A DNA stretch of 54,509 nucleotides from a virus. Its lineage: Duplodnaviria; Caudoviricetes. The stretch lies in IMG/VR virus record IMGVR_UViG_3300020477_000032, positions 1 to 54,509 of that record; one strand, 5' to 3'. This document shows, piece by piece, positions 1-9,964 of this stretch. The notes beneath the pieces are model-generated. The model was given only the letters and a program-made list of their open reading frames with translations. It had not been told where the DNA came from and did not search any database. Numbering within the stretch: the stretch's first letter is position 1; every line of letters starts with the position of its first letter. Made by a program: the position numbers and the translations under genes.

Positions 1-1
1 A

Positions 2-217
2 ACATTTAAGATTGGGTGTGCAACGGATGCTACCAATACAATATTAGAAAATACACAGACCACAGACCTAACGGCTGCAAAGAAAAGAGAGAGGTACATT
101 CCAAACAATTCAGAAGATGGTCTACAAACTATAACTGTAGAAATTTCAACTGGAGCATCTGCTACGACTGCCAAAGGAAGATTTTATTTCAAGGGCATGT
201 TAGTCGAAGATGAATAA
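2..217 (+). CDS. 3' end of an upstream CDS (partial), probably virion-associated
   Basis: Frame 2 is open from the window edge (TFKIGCATDATN...KGRFYFKGMLVEDE*) with phage-typical codons and stops just before a late promoter; preferred over the listed 16..213 ORF. Confidence 0.7.
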   Translation, partial: TFKIGCATDATNTILENTQTTDLTAAKKRERYIPNNSEDGLQTITVEISTGASATTAKGRFYFKGMLVEDE

Positions 218-219
218 CA

Positions 220-227
220 TATAAATA
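220..227 (+). promoter_or_regulatory. T4-type late promoter TATAAATA
   Basis: Exact gp55 consensus, intergenic, followed by ACAATAC; SD AAGGAG before 276. Confidence 0.85.
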
Positions 228-275
228 ACAATACCAAGAAAATTTTGGTATGATTACTATTTAAGGAGAAAACAA

Positions 276-584
276 ATGGCATTTACAGCAAGTGTTACAG
301 AATTCGGACATACTTTTACCGATGCGGTGGTAGAAGTTACAGAAGCAAATTTAGAATATCGTTTAAACGATTTTGGTGCAGGCCCAGAGGGAGAAACCCC
401 ATCACCTACTACTAAACTAAGAATTAATTATAAAGTCTATGTCAGTCAGGCCGCAAAAGATGCTGGTGGACGAGAAATTATAAATGAATGGGATGAGTCT
501 GATGCTGGTGATGATACCGACATCGTAGACGGAAATCTTTTGGCAGTTGCCGAAGCAATAGTGGCGGCAAAATTAGCAAGTTAA
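276..584 (+). CDS. hypothetical acidic late protein
   Basis: Strong SD, late promoter, position in fibre region. Confidence 0.75.
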   Translation: MAFTASVTEFGHTFTDAVVEVTEANLEYRLNDFGAGPEGETPSPTTKLRINYKVYVSQAAKDAGGREIINEWDESDAGDDTDIVDGNLLAVAEAIVAAKLAS

Positions 585-617
585 ATTATTTTACTAACTT
601 TTTGAAGTGAGGTCGTA

Positions 618-1523
618 ATGGATTTTGATAAGATTATTTTCCACGCAAATGGTGGCATCGGCAAAAATGTCGTTGCTACTGCGGTTTTGAAAGCAATAAA
701 GAAAAAATATGATTTGCCCATTTATGTTGTTACAGGATGGCCAGAGATTTATAAATTCGATCCAAACGTGGCAAGGGTGTTCAAATTTGGAGCAACCCAA
801 TATTTCTACGAGGATAATATTAAAAGAGGGAAACCTTTAATTTTAGCACAGGAGCCTTACTTATCAACACAACATATTGTTGAACGTAAACCATTGCGAC
901 AAAGTTGGATTGAAATGTATGGGCTGGAATACGATAATGAGTATCCAGAACTACATTTCAATCACCGACATCATGAAATAGTAAGGCAGAATTTTCAAAG
1001 AGACAAACCAACAGTTTTAATACAAACTAATGGTGGAGCTCCAGACCCCGAAGGAAAGAGATTATATAGTTGGGCAAGAGATATGCCAATGATTACGGCA
1101 CAGGGTGTCGTAGATAGATTGAAATCTAAATATCATTTCTTTCAAATCTGTTACAATGAACAACAAGTTTTAAAGGATGCAGAACCAATACAGGGTTTGA
1201 ATGAAATGGAACTTTTCGCATTACTAAAAGAAACAAAGGGTAGGGTATTGATAGACAGTTCGATGCAACATGGTGCAGGGGCAATGAATTTGCCGAGTAC
1301 AGTAGTTTGGATTGCAAACGAACCAGAGGTATGGAGTTATACCTGTCATAGTCATATTTTACCGAAAGTAGAGAAAAAATTCGATACACCAGCAAAGGAC
1401 TTATATCAGAGGTATGATATTGGTGGATCAACTGACGAATATCCGTATGAAACGGATGATATATTTGATGTAGATGAAATAGTGAGTTCAGTTGAGAAAC
1501 AAATCAACGAATCTGGTGTTTAG
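618..1523 (+). CDS. glycosyltransferase, GT-B fold, GT9 (heptosyltransferase)-like
   Basis: N-terminal GGIGKxxxxTAVLKAIKKKY and C-terminal IDSSMQHGAGAMNLPSTVVW match the GT9 pattern (GxGD... / DSGxxHxAxAxxxPxxxL). Confidence 0.7.
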   Translation: MDFDKIIFHANGGIGKNVVATAVLKAIKKKYDLPIYVVTGWPEIYKFDPNVARVFKFGATQYFYEDNIKRGKPLILAQEPYLSTQHIVERKPLRQSWIEMYGLEYDNEYPELHFNHRHHEIVRQNFQRDKPTVLIQTNGGAPDPEGKRLYSWARDMPMITAQGVVDRLKSKYHFFQICYNEQQVLKDAEPIQGLNEMELFALLKETKGRVLIDSSMQHGAGAMNLPSTVVWIANEPEVWSYTCHSHILPKVEKKFDTPAKDLYQRYDIGGSTDEYPYETDDIFDVDEIVSSVEKQINESGV

Positions 1524-1534
1524 TAAGTAAATAC

Positions 1535-1565
1535 GGTTTCCTAGTTCCCCACTAGGAAACCTTTA
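1535..1565 (+). terminator. perfect 11-bp hairpin (terminator or mRNA stabiliser)
   Basis: GGTTTCCTAGT-tcccc-ACTAGGAAACC followed by TTTAT. Confidence 0.6.
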
Positions 1566-1582
1566 TCTAAGGACTAGGACAT

Positions 1583-4500
1583 ATGGCACTATATAAATTT
1601 AATTTCGGAGCAGATACAGACACGACACTTTTTCACAATTCTGATGCGAGTGGTCGTGATTTTAACATGTATTCCACTTGCCATAGTGCTGGTGAAGCAG
1701 TTTTCGGGAATATTAGGGTTTCAGGAACTTCTCAATTTGGCATTATTTGTGCCGATTCATGTATTCATTTAATCAAATCATCTGGAAATGCAATTATAAA
1801 ATCAGAAAGTGGTAATAATGCTGGTGATTTATACCTAATCGGAAATCGAACTTCTAACAATGATACTAGTAACCTAACTTTCTACAATTCTTCTGAACCA
1901 ATTGCAAGGATAAGAGCATATCGACATGGAGCAAATGATGCTGGAAAATTAACATTTGCCACTCAAGCAACTGGTGGAAATCCAGTTGAACATATGACGA
2001 TATGTCCAGATGGCAAGGTATGTGCAACAAGTGCTTTTTATGGTCATTTATACGGTGTTGATCTTAAAATTACTGGTACATCTTGTTTTCAACAAAATAT
2101 ATGTTTGCAGGGTGGAAATCGTGCAGTAGTTGTTCCTAGTGGATATGGTGCTTTACAGGCAGGGTCTTGCGAGAATATCAGATTTTGTACTAATGGAATT
2201 GTCTATGTAAATTCCACTCTTTGTACTGGTAATAAATGGAAAGTTACTGAAGATGGTGTAACTTCTTGGGGTGATAGTCAAGCACAAGGTACACTTACAT
2301 GGGATACTGGTAAGGCCGTAGTGGGTGGTTTATCAGGAAATGCTTTATCACTTATTGCTGGTGGTTCTTCAAAATTGTTTATCTGCACAGGTGGCAACGT
2401 AGGAATAGGAACTGCCTCGCCAGCAAAGATACTTGAAATATCTTGTGCTGACCAACAGGTAGAACCAAGAATTACATCTACTCATGCTAGTGGGTATCCT
2501 TCTTTAAATTTCTATGTAGATACAACTACACATACAGGAAGAATTCAAGGTGGGTTGAATGATGCATATAATGCTCATGGTTCTAATTTGTTTATACATA
2601 GTCCAGAATCTGGCAGTAAGGTAGTAATTAGAGCATATCAGTGCAATGCAGTTTATATAGTTAATGATGGCAATGTAGGAATCGGAACTGCTACACCTTG
2701 TACTAGTTTAACAGTTGCCACACCAAGTACATTTACCGACCACGAATGCATCAAACATAAAATTTGTTGTAGTGGGATACACATTCTAGGTGGAACATAT
2801 GCATCTGGTAATGCATATGGAGGTTTGGTCTGGTCTGATTCCGATCAACCAACAAAACCAAAAGCAGGGATATGGTCTAAGGTTAGTTCTTCTGGTTCTT
2901 GTATAATAATGGGAACATCGAACAGTTATGTTACTGGTATCACTAATAATGCATTTGTTATGGATCAGGCCGGAAATTTTTATTTTTATGGCAATGCATA
3001 TGTAGTTGGCACTGGGGCAAGGACATGTATAAATGATGGAACTAATGTGGTACAGATGGGATTATGGGATGGTGCTACCAATAGAATAGAATCTTTTGGA
3101 GGTAGACCACTATTTATTACTTCTTATAGTGGTGGAATACGATGGGGTCTTTCTGGTAGTGTTCATATGTGTATGGATACTTCTGGAAACTTAGGAATTG
3201 GAAGTAGTTTTGACCCAACAGCAAAATTGATGGTTTCTGCTGGTGGAACTAAAGCAAAGACAGGAAGTGTATTCCATGCTATAGCTGGTAATAGTTACTC
3301 AGATACTTTATCTGGTGGGGCAAATTTTGTATTTGAAAATCCATCAACATCTCAGAATGCTGGTGATGGAGTTGTCTTAATAAAAACGGCAACTACTACT
3401 GGTACTGCTTTTGCGGTCTGTAATAATACTGCTAATATATTTAATATCTGTAATAGTGGCAACGTAGGAATCGGAACTGATACACCAGCAGTACCACTTC
3501 ATGTTTCTGGTGTAACTTGTTCTTCTTGGTTTTGTGCTGATACTGGTGTTTGTTTCAAATCTAGTAGTGCTTGTATTTCTCTCAATCAGCATTACTTTGA
3601 TACGAGGGGTGCTTCTGGTGCTTGGTGTGGATTTTCTGCTATATTTAGAACAGCAGCTGGTAATGACCCCAATAATAAATGGGTTGGAATAGGAGCAACT
3701 AACGATCATGGTTGGTTAAGTTTTGCCTCTGGTGCAGATAAACATTTGGTATTGTGTTCAGATGGAAAAGTAGGAATCGGAACTACTGCACCAGATACGA
3801 AATTAGAAGTCAAGACTTCTGTTAGTGGTGCATCAGCAAGATGTACACCACATTCTTCATTCATTCTTTATCCACATCATTCAGGTGATATACCTTATGG
3901 TCATATTACTGGTGGAAATTTTGGTACAGGTATAGAATGGAAATCCAGAACATATAACAATAGTACAGTAAAGGTTCGTGGTTATATTAGATATGGGTTA
4001 TGGGATAATTCTTCATGTACAGGTGCTGGTTATGGGCCAGGACTTGCATTTGGTCTTTCTGATTGTGGGAATGATGCTTGTGATCCTACTACTTTAATGA
4101 CTTTAAGAAGTAGTGGCAACGTAGGAATCGGAACTACTTCACCAGCACAGAAATTACATGTTTGCGGTACTGGTCAGACTCAGGTACTAATTCAAAGCAA
4201 TGGTTCTAGTAGAGCTCAACTGAAGATATATACACAACATAATGAACCAAATGACATTATCTTTGGTAGTAATGGTGATGAAGATAGATTTTCTTTATCA
4301 GGAAGGGGTTCTTCTCAAAGTCATCAATTAATAATGTATTCAAATAATGCTGGATGGCAAGAACTTCAGAAATGGCATTTTGATTGTGATGTTGTATCTT
4401 TTCCTTCTGGTTGTGTAGGAATCGGAACTGATACACCATCAGAAAAATTAACTGTTAGATGCTCTCAAGGAAGTTCTGCTTCAGTTCAGACGTTGTTGCA

Positions 4501-7500
4501 TTTGGGTCTTAATGATGGTACTGCGGTTGGAACTGGTTCTGCATTATTTCTCAAGACATCAAACAATCAAACAAGTAATAGATATGGTGCAAGAATATGG
4601 GCTCAACGTTCATCTGCTGATAATGGTGAAGCAGATTTTGGTATTGATTTAGAGTGTAGCAATGCTGGTCAGGTTAATAGATTTTTTATAGATGGTGGAA
4701 CTGGCAACGTAGGAATAGGATGTGCAGACCCAACAGAGAAACTTCATGTTAATGGTAGTATTTTGGTAGATGGTTTTAATAATGCTGGTCATGGAATATT
4801 TTTTAGACCAACTTATAGCACAAGTGGTTCAAATTCCGCATGTAATGGTGGGGTATTTACTGGTGATTTTAATGGAAGTGGTCATTATGATGGATTGAAA
4901 ATTGCTGGTTGGGATGGATTGGGTTTTTATACCAATAACGAAGAACGTATAAGAATTTGTAATAATGGCAACGTAGGAATTGGACAAGATAATCCAACTG
5001 CTAAATTTCATCTTAGTGCAAACCAAACTGGATACACTGGAGTCTTTTATAATAGTAATGCAGCCTCTGAAGGTGTAACTATTCGTGCTGGAAATACGAG
5101 TAGTCAGAACTCGTTAAGTGTTCAGAATTATGATGGTAATACTGCTATCCTGACTGCTCGTAGTGATGGCAACGTAGGAATCGGAGACGCAAATCCAGAC
5201 CACTTACTATCATTACAGAAAACTGATGGTGCAGCCATTATTGCTATTGATGCAAAAACGGGAACTAATACTTCTGGTATAATACTGAGAAATGAAGAAG
5301 CAGATAAATGGATTATTAAAAATGATGGTGGTGCAGATCAATTTGCTATTTACAATTATGCAGTTTCAAATACTGCCTTTTATATAGACCCAAATGTTTG
5401 TGCGATTGGACTTGGTAGAGCTCATACGGTAACTGCTGGTTCAAGGTCAACTGCAATCGGTTTTGAAGCAAAGGCAACTGGAGCAGCTTCTGTTCATGTT
5501 ACAGGTGATGGTGGGTGTGCAGTTGGTGATGTTTCTTCTGCCTTTGGAAAGGCAAGTAAAGCAATTGGTGCATGTTCTACTGCGATAGGTGCTTGTAATG
5601 TAGCAGAAGCTGCAGGTTCGACAGCAATAGGATTCAATGCATCAACTAACCAAGCTTGTGCATTAATTCTAGGTGGGTGTACGGTAGGAATCGGAACTTC
5701 TTCACCAGCATCGAAATTAGTTGTTGCTGGATGTTTGACTCCTTCTCAACCTGCGGCGAATGGTACAGTAAGTGGAGCAGCTGCAGATTTTGATGGTGGT
5801 GATATATATACTGGTCGTGCCTTTTTTCAAGGTTATAAAAAACAAAATGCTGGAGATTTGATTGGTATTAATAGGGAAAGTAATAATCTAATTTTTTATA
5901 ATTATACTGATGGATGTCCATTATTAAGACTTTATGAGAATGGTTGTGTTGTTGGATGCCATTTCGTAACCAATTGTCAACTTTGGAGTTCTTCTGACAT
6001 GGCAGTTGGTAATTTCCTTATTGGTGGTGCTAATGGGGCATCTGATTCTTTCAAGATGGATCAGGGAACATCTGTTTTTGATATGTGGGTTAAAGATTCT
6101 AGCATTACCTGTCCTAGAAATATATTTCGTGCTTATAATAATGGTTCATGTATAGTAATCGGTCAAGGATGCAATGCTGATGATACTGCATCTATTCCTG
6201 TCTATTTTTGTGGTGGAGTGGGAGGAAGATTAGGATTGAATTGTGGTCTATGTCATGCTTGGAAAGGAATTGACCTGACAGCTGGTTCATATAACAAGTT
6301 TTATCCAGTTGGTGTGAATGTTGGTTGTGGAGATTATTGGTCTGATGATGAAGTAGAAATTGTCCAATATAATGTACACTCCCCTTCTAGTGGTTGTGGT
6401 GCTATGTATCTTAAATTCAGGGCAAATATTACTGGTTGGGGTCATATCAATCCCGGCGTTATAGTTGAGAAGTACAATTCTGGTGGAGCCAACCAGTTGG
6501 TTTCACAGATACGAAACTGCGACCATTTTACATGTCGATATGTAGTTTGGTTAAGAGGTGGTCTGAGTTATTGTGGTAGAACTTGCATGGGTGGTGAATT
6601 TAGTAATATTACTAATAGTAGTGATGATAATTGTCTGGTTTATGACAATTCTAATAATGCTTATGACCGATATGCTCAATATGTTACTTCAATCGGTGAT
6701 CCTGAATTTGCACAGTTAGACCACAATGGTGGTGATGTAGCAATGTCATTAACCAGTAATAATATTGATAATACTCTATCTGCTGGTTGTTATGCACCAA
6801 TAGTATATGCCTGTTCATATCTTAGAGGTGGAGGATTACTCTTAACGCCGGGTACTGCTAATAATGTATCTGGTGGTTGTGATGCAACTTTATGGATTGA
6901 AGCACCAAGTGATAATGATTGGGGTCTGGTAATAAATAAAGCAAGTAATGAATATGGACAGATAATAAAGATGAAATCTGATTCTACTCATGCTTTTGGT
7001 GTTGAATTTGGTGGTACTAGAAAATTTGATGTGAGACACGATTATGCTTGTCATAATACTAAAATTTCTTCACCTATTGTTAATATTGGTGGTAGTGGTT
7101 GTTTTCAATGTCTTAGTGGAAATACAAGTTCCATTAATCTCAAAGGTGTTGGTACTACTGACATGAGATTTGGTTTTATGAATTCTTCTGGTACTCAACT
7201 GGGTTTCCTTTACGGTACTAATAATTTAGATTTTGGTTTTTTGGATGCGGGTGGGTCATGGTCATATAGACATACTAACGATGCTTCTCATTGTTGGTTT
7301 ACTAATGGTGGAACTTTCAGGGCATTATTAACTAATGGTGGTACTTTTTGTGCTACGGGGGATGTTATAGCATATTCTTCCGATAAAAGATTGAAATGCA
7401 ATGTCTTGACTATTAGTTGTGCCATAGATAGAATAAAATCAATTCGTGGTGTTGAGTTTGAATGGGATAGAGAATATATCTGTAACAACAAACTTACATT

Positions 7501-7768
7501 TACACCTTCAGAAAACGAAAAAACATTCGGTTTTATTGCACAGGAATTAGGTGAAGTAATACCTACTGCGATGGTCGAAGCACCATTTGAAGAAGCATTA
7601 TGTAGAGAGGTATCTTGGGAAGAAAAATATAAAACGATTAAACCAGAAAAGGTGATACCACTTCTGGTAGAAGCAACCAAAGAGCAACAGTGTACCATCG
7701 AAAAACAACAAAGACAAATAGATACCTTGACATGTCAGGTAGAATTGTTACTAAAGAGGTGTGCATAG
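1583..7768 (+). CDS. long tail fibre with GNVGIGT repeats, YadA-like STAIG repeats and C-terminal intramolecular chaperone (Peptidase S74-type); Cys-rich
   Basis: About ten GxVGIG modules; AYSSDKRLK cleavage motif, GFIAQE and terminal coiled coil. Confidence 0.9.
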   Translation: MALYKFNFGADTDTTLFHNSDASGRDFNMYSTCHSAGEAVFGNIRVSGTSQFGIICADSCIHLIKSSGNAIIKSESGNNAGDLYLIGNRTSNNDTSNLTFYNSSEPIARIRAYRHGANDAGKLTFATQATGGNPVEHMTICPDGKVCATSAFYGHLYGVDLKITGTSCFQQNICLQGGNRAVVVPSGYGALQAGSCENIRFCTNGIVYVNSTLCTGNKWKVTEDGVTSWGDSQAQGTLTWDTGKAVVGGLSGNALSLIAGGSSKLFICTGGNVGIGTASPAKILEISCADQQVEPRITSTHASGYPSLNFYVDTTTHTGRIQGGLNDAYNAHGSNLFIHSPESGSKVVIRAYQCNAVYIVNDGNVGIGTATPCTSLTVATPSTFTDHECIKHKICCSGIHILGGTYASGNAYGGLVWSDSDQPTKPKAGIWSKVSSSGSCIIMGTSNSYVTGITNNAFVMDQAGNFYFYGNAYVVGTGARTCINDGTNVVQMGLWDGATNRIESFGGRPLFITSYSGGIRWGLSGSVHMCMDTSGNLGIGSSFDPTAKLMVSAGGTKAKTGSVFHAIAGNSYSDTLSGGANFVFENPSTSQNAGDGVVLIKTATTTGTAFAVCNNTANIFNICNSGNVGIGTDTPAVPLHVSGVTCSSWFCADTGVCFKSSSACISLNQHYFDTRGASGAWCGFSAIFRTAAGNDPNNKWVGIGATNDHGWLSFASGADKHLVLCSDGKVGIGTTAPDTKLEVKTSVSGASARCTPHSSFILYPHHSGDIPYGHITGGNFGTGIEWKSRTYNNSTVKVRGYIRYGLWDNSSCTGAGYGPGLAFGLSDCGNDACDPTTLMTLRSSGNVGIGTTSPAQKLHVCGTGQTQVLIQSNGSSRAQLKIYTQHNEPNDIIFGSNGDEDRFSLSGRGSSQSHQLIMYSNNAGWQELQKWHFDCDVVSFPSGCVGIGTDTPSEKLTVRCSQGSSASVQTLLHLGLNDGTAVGTGSALFLKTSNNQTSNRYGARIWAQRSSADNGEADFGIDLECSNAGQVNRFFIDGGTGNVGIGCADPTEKLHVNGSILVDGFNNAGHGIFFRPTYSTSGSNSACNGGVFTGDFNGSGHYDGLKIAGWDGLGFYTNNEERIRICNNGNVGIGQDNPTAKFHLSANQTGYTGVFYNSNAASEGVTIRAGNTSSQNSLSVQNYDGNTAILTARSDGNVGIGDANPDHLLSLQKTDGAAIIAIDAKTGTNTSGIILRNEEADKWIIKNDGGADQFAIYNYAVSNTAFYIDPNVCAIGLGRAHTVTAGSRSTAIGFEAKATGAASVHVTGDGGCAVGDVSSAFGKASKAIGACSTAIGACNVAEAAGSTAIGFNASTNQACALILGGCTVGIGTSSPASKLVVAGCLTPSQPAANGTVSGAAADFDGGDIYTGRAFFQGYKKQNAGDLIGINRESNNLIFYNYTDGCPLLRLYENGCVVGCHFVTNCQLWSSSDMAVGNFLIGGANGASDSFKMDQGTSVFDMWVKDSSITCPRNIFRAYNNGSCIVIGQGCNADDTASIPVYFCGGVGGRLGLNCGLCHAWKGIDLTAGSYNKFYPVGVNVGCGDYWSDDEVEIVQYNVHSPSSGCGAMYLKFRANITGWGHINPGVIVEKYNSGGANQLVSQIRNCDHFTCRYVVWLRGGLSYCGRTCMGGEFSNITNSSDDNCLVYDNSNNAYDRYAQYVTSIGDPEFAQLDHNGGDVAMSLTSNNIDNTLSAGCYAPIVYACSYLRGGGLLLTPGTANNVSGGCDATLWIEAPSDNDWGLVINKASNEYGQIIKMKSDSTHAFGVEFGGTRKFDVRHDYACHNTKISSPIVNIGGSGCFQCLSGNTSSINLKGVGTTDMRFGFMNSSGTQLGFLYGTNNLDFGFLDAGGSWSYRHTNDASHCWFTNGGTFRALLTNGGTFCATGDVIAYSSDKRLKCNVLTISCAIDRIKSIRGVEFEWDREYICNNKLTFTPSENEKTFGFIAQELGEVIPTAMVEAPFEEALCREVSWEEKYKTIKPEKVIPLLVEATKEQQCTIEKQQRQIDTLTCQVELLLKRCA
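2393..5698 (+). repeat. dispersed intragenic DNA repeat (GGCAAC)GTAGGAATHGGA(ACT), 10 copies
   Basis: Core begins at about 2399, 2675, 3464, 3770, 4121, 4415, 4709, 4973, 5174, 5684. Confidence 0.85.
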
Positions 7769-9265
7769 ATGAATTTTTACGAATACCCCATTACACAGGA
7801 TTATAGTTACATTTCCACACCATATAATGAGACTTCTTATTATGCTATGCCAGAGACGATTCATATGGCAACTTCTGGCACATTGAGTTTAGGAACGTCT
7901 GCTGGTGTTGGTCAATGTGCTTGTTTTGTTACAATGGCATGTCCGAGTGGTCTTTCGACACTCACTAATAATAATGCTAGAGATATTTCGGGTATTTCAG
8001 CAATACAATGTGGTTATATTATTACTGGAGCCCATGAACAGGGGGTTGCTTCTTGGAGTTTTGATACTTGTATGCAACCCGATTCAGCTGTCTGTCAAAT
8101 ACTTCGATCATGTAGTGGTTGTTATGTTGCTATTTCAGATGCGGTTGCTTCTTGTGAAGCAGATGGTTATGTTTTTTTAGGAACTTGTTACGGAAATGGT
8201 GCATTCGGTGTTTGTTGTAATGGAGTTATATCTATCCACGTTGGGTCAAACGGATGCTTAACACTTAAAGATTCGGAAAATGTTTCTTGGGGGAGTAACA
8301 ATTATGGTCAGGTGGCGGGTGGTATGTATCATGACCAAAAGAGTAAATTTATCTATGTAAATACATATGAAGGCCCATCAATCTATTGCTATAATTCTTC
8401 AGATGGAAGTCTTACTGTTTGTAGTTTCTGTTATGCAATTGATTCAATGGGGAGGGGCATATATGCTATGGATTTTTATGGATGTTGTTATCTATTAACA
8501 GCAAATGATACATATGGAATATATGCATACTGTTTACATCAGGGAACAAATTGTATTTGTACTGGAGCTGCCTACTACAATAGTGGAAATTGTAAGATTG
8601 GATGTGGTTATAGTTCTACGTCAGCGGGGTATGGAATGAATTATGGTATTAATAGTAATTGTCCTGCTTGTCATATTTGGGGTGGTTGTGCCACACATTG
8701 TGATGCAGACGATGGTGGTTTTTTTGTTACTTCAAACGGTAGGTGTCTTTATATTATGTGTCTTTGGTGTAACAATTTAAATCCATTTGTAATGTGCTTG
8801 AAATGTAGTTATGAACTTCATAATAGTAGTTCGTCTAGTTGCCAAATTCATGGTGTGTCGGGTGATGATGAATATATTTATGTCATACAATGTAGTTGGA
8901 TTCAGGTATTTTCTATTTCTACCAGTGGAGCAGTAACTAGAATTTCGTGCTGTCCTAATAGTTATTCACCTAATAGTGGTAGATATACCATTAATGCAGT
9001 TCCGAATAATTCTAATTATGCTTCTACATGTCATGTATGGGTGTCTTGGCGTTCTGAATGGGCATCAAATAATAGTCAGAAAGGAAGATTATTGGCATAT
9101 ACTAAACCAGCACAACACAGAAGTATTAGAGGATTGTTTGGTGGTTCTGCTCCTGATGCTATTTCCGAATATTATGCAGGGGGTAGTTATGTTCCGAGTT
9201 GGAATAGTGGAGTACCAACAAGTGGTGAAATAACATTTTCAGATTTCTATAACGCAGGTAAGTAA
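7769..9265 (+). CDS. putative fibre-tip adhesin, Cys-rich
   Basis: Directly follows the fibre; C-terminal FGGSAPDAISEYYAGG...VPTSGEITFSDFY motif typical of fibre-associated proteins; alternative start at 7865. Confidence 0.65.
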   Translation: MNFYEYPITQDYSYISTPYNETSYYAMPETIHMATSGTLSLGTSAGVGQCACFVTMACPSGLSTLTNNNARDISGISAIQCGYIITGAHEQGVASWSFDTCMQPDSAVCQILRSCSGCYVAISDAVASCEADGYVFLGTCYGNGAFGVCCNGVISIHVGSNGCLTLKDSENVSWGSNNYGQVAGGMYHDQKSKFIYVNTYEGPSIYCYNSSDGSLTVCSFCYAIDSMGRGIYAMDFYGCCYLLTANDTYGIYAYCLHQGTNCICTGAAYYNSGNCKIGCGYSSTSAGYGMNYGINSNCPACHIWGGCATHCDADDGGFFVTSNGRCLYIMCLWCNNLNPFVMCLKCSYELHNSSSSSCQIHGVSGDDEYIYVIQCSWIQVFSISTSGAVTRISCCPNSYSPNSGRYTINAVPNNSNYASTCHVWVSWRSEWASNNSQKGRLLAYTKPAQHRSIRGLFGGSAPDAISEYYAGGSYVPSWNSGVPTSGEITFSDFYNAGK

Positions 9266-9266
9266 T

Positions 9267-9548
9267 ATGTATAATTTTTTAGCAGATTTTTCGGATAATA
9301 GAAGAACTGAATCTGATGTAGAAGTCATTTTAGTTACCTTTAATTATTTTTATAGTGTACCAGAACAACAGACATTGAGAATTGGTTATGAATTACATTT
9401 CGATAGTGATTTAGAACAAAAAGTTATAGAAGTTAGTGGTGAAATTCTTGAAACCTTTAATATAAATAACAGAGATACTGTTGAAGAATGTGTTCTTGAT
9501 TATCTGAAAACAAAAAGTGAATTTAGCAATATTAGAAATGTTACATAA
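9267..9548 (+). CDS. hypothetical protein
   Basis: Tightly packed ORF after the adhesin. Confidence 0.65.
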   Translation: MYNFLADFSDNRRTESDVEVILVTFNYFYSVPEQQTLRIGYELHFDSDLEQKVIEVSGEILETFNINNRDTVEECVLDYLKTKSEFSNIRNVT

Positions 9549-9551
9549 ATA
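9544..9551 (+). promoter_or_regulatory. late promoter variant CATAAATA
   Basis: One mismatch from consensus, followed by ACAAT as in other late promoters here; SD AAGGAG downstream. Confidence 0.7.
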
Positions 9552-9588
9552 ACAATGTATAGAAAAAAAAGAAGGAGAATAGTAAATC

Positions 9589-9954
9589 ATGTCTGAACAA
9601 TTAGCATTAGATCAAAATGAATTGACAGAGGCACAAACTCACATCAATCTGATTCAAAAGGCATATCGCAAACTTGAATCAGCACAATACGCAGCTCGGG
9701 AATTAGAAAACGATTTTCGTGATCTAATCAATACCCATATCCAATCAAAAGGGGGTGATCCTAATCTGCAATACACCCTAAACACCGATACGGGAAGTTT
9801 AGAAGTCGTAACTGAACAACAGGTTCAGCAACAAGAAGGAAATCAAAGTAATGGATCAGCACCAAACTCGGAGGAAGTTGATCCGACAGGAAATTTTAAA
9901 TTTGGAGATGAATCAACAGGAGCATTCAAAGACGGAGACGCAGACGAGGTGTAA
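9589..9954 (+). CDS. hypothetical coiled-coil late protein
   Basis: SD AAGGAG, helical N-half, acidic tail. Confidence 0.75.
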   Translation: MSEQLALDQNELTEAQTHINLIQKAYRKLESAQYAARELENDFRDLINTHIQSKGGDPNLQYTLNTDTGSLEVVTEQQVQQQEGNQSNGSAPNSEEVDPTGNFKFGDESTGAFKDGDADEV

Positions 9955-9964
9955 AAAATAAAAT

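Noticed and set aside
16-213. Listed 65-aa ORF
   Set aside because: Off-frame shadow of the open frame 2..217.
2393-5698. CRISPR array or diversity-generating retroelement
   Set aside because: Repeats are in-frame, hundreds of bases apart and irregularly spaced; no cas or reverse transcriptase gene and no TR/VR pair seen.
7301-7348. Short direct repeat encoding TNGGTF twice
   Set aside because: Ordinary local duplication within a repetitive fibre.
1583-9265. Alternative genetic code (TGT/TGC reassigned) as the cause of Cys excess
   Set aside because: Core genes have low Cys at expected sites (gp46 CPTC, gp44 SRC, RegA QSCH), and TAA, TAG and TGA all end conserved genes at normal lengths.
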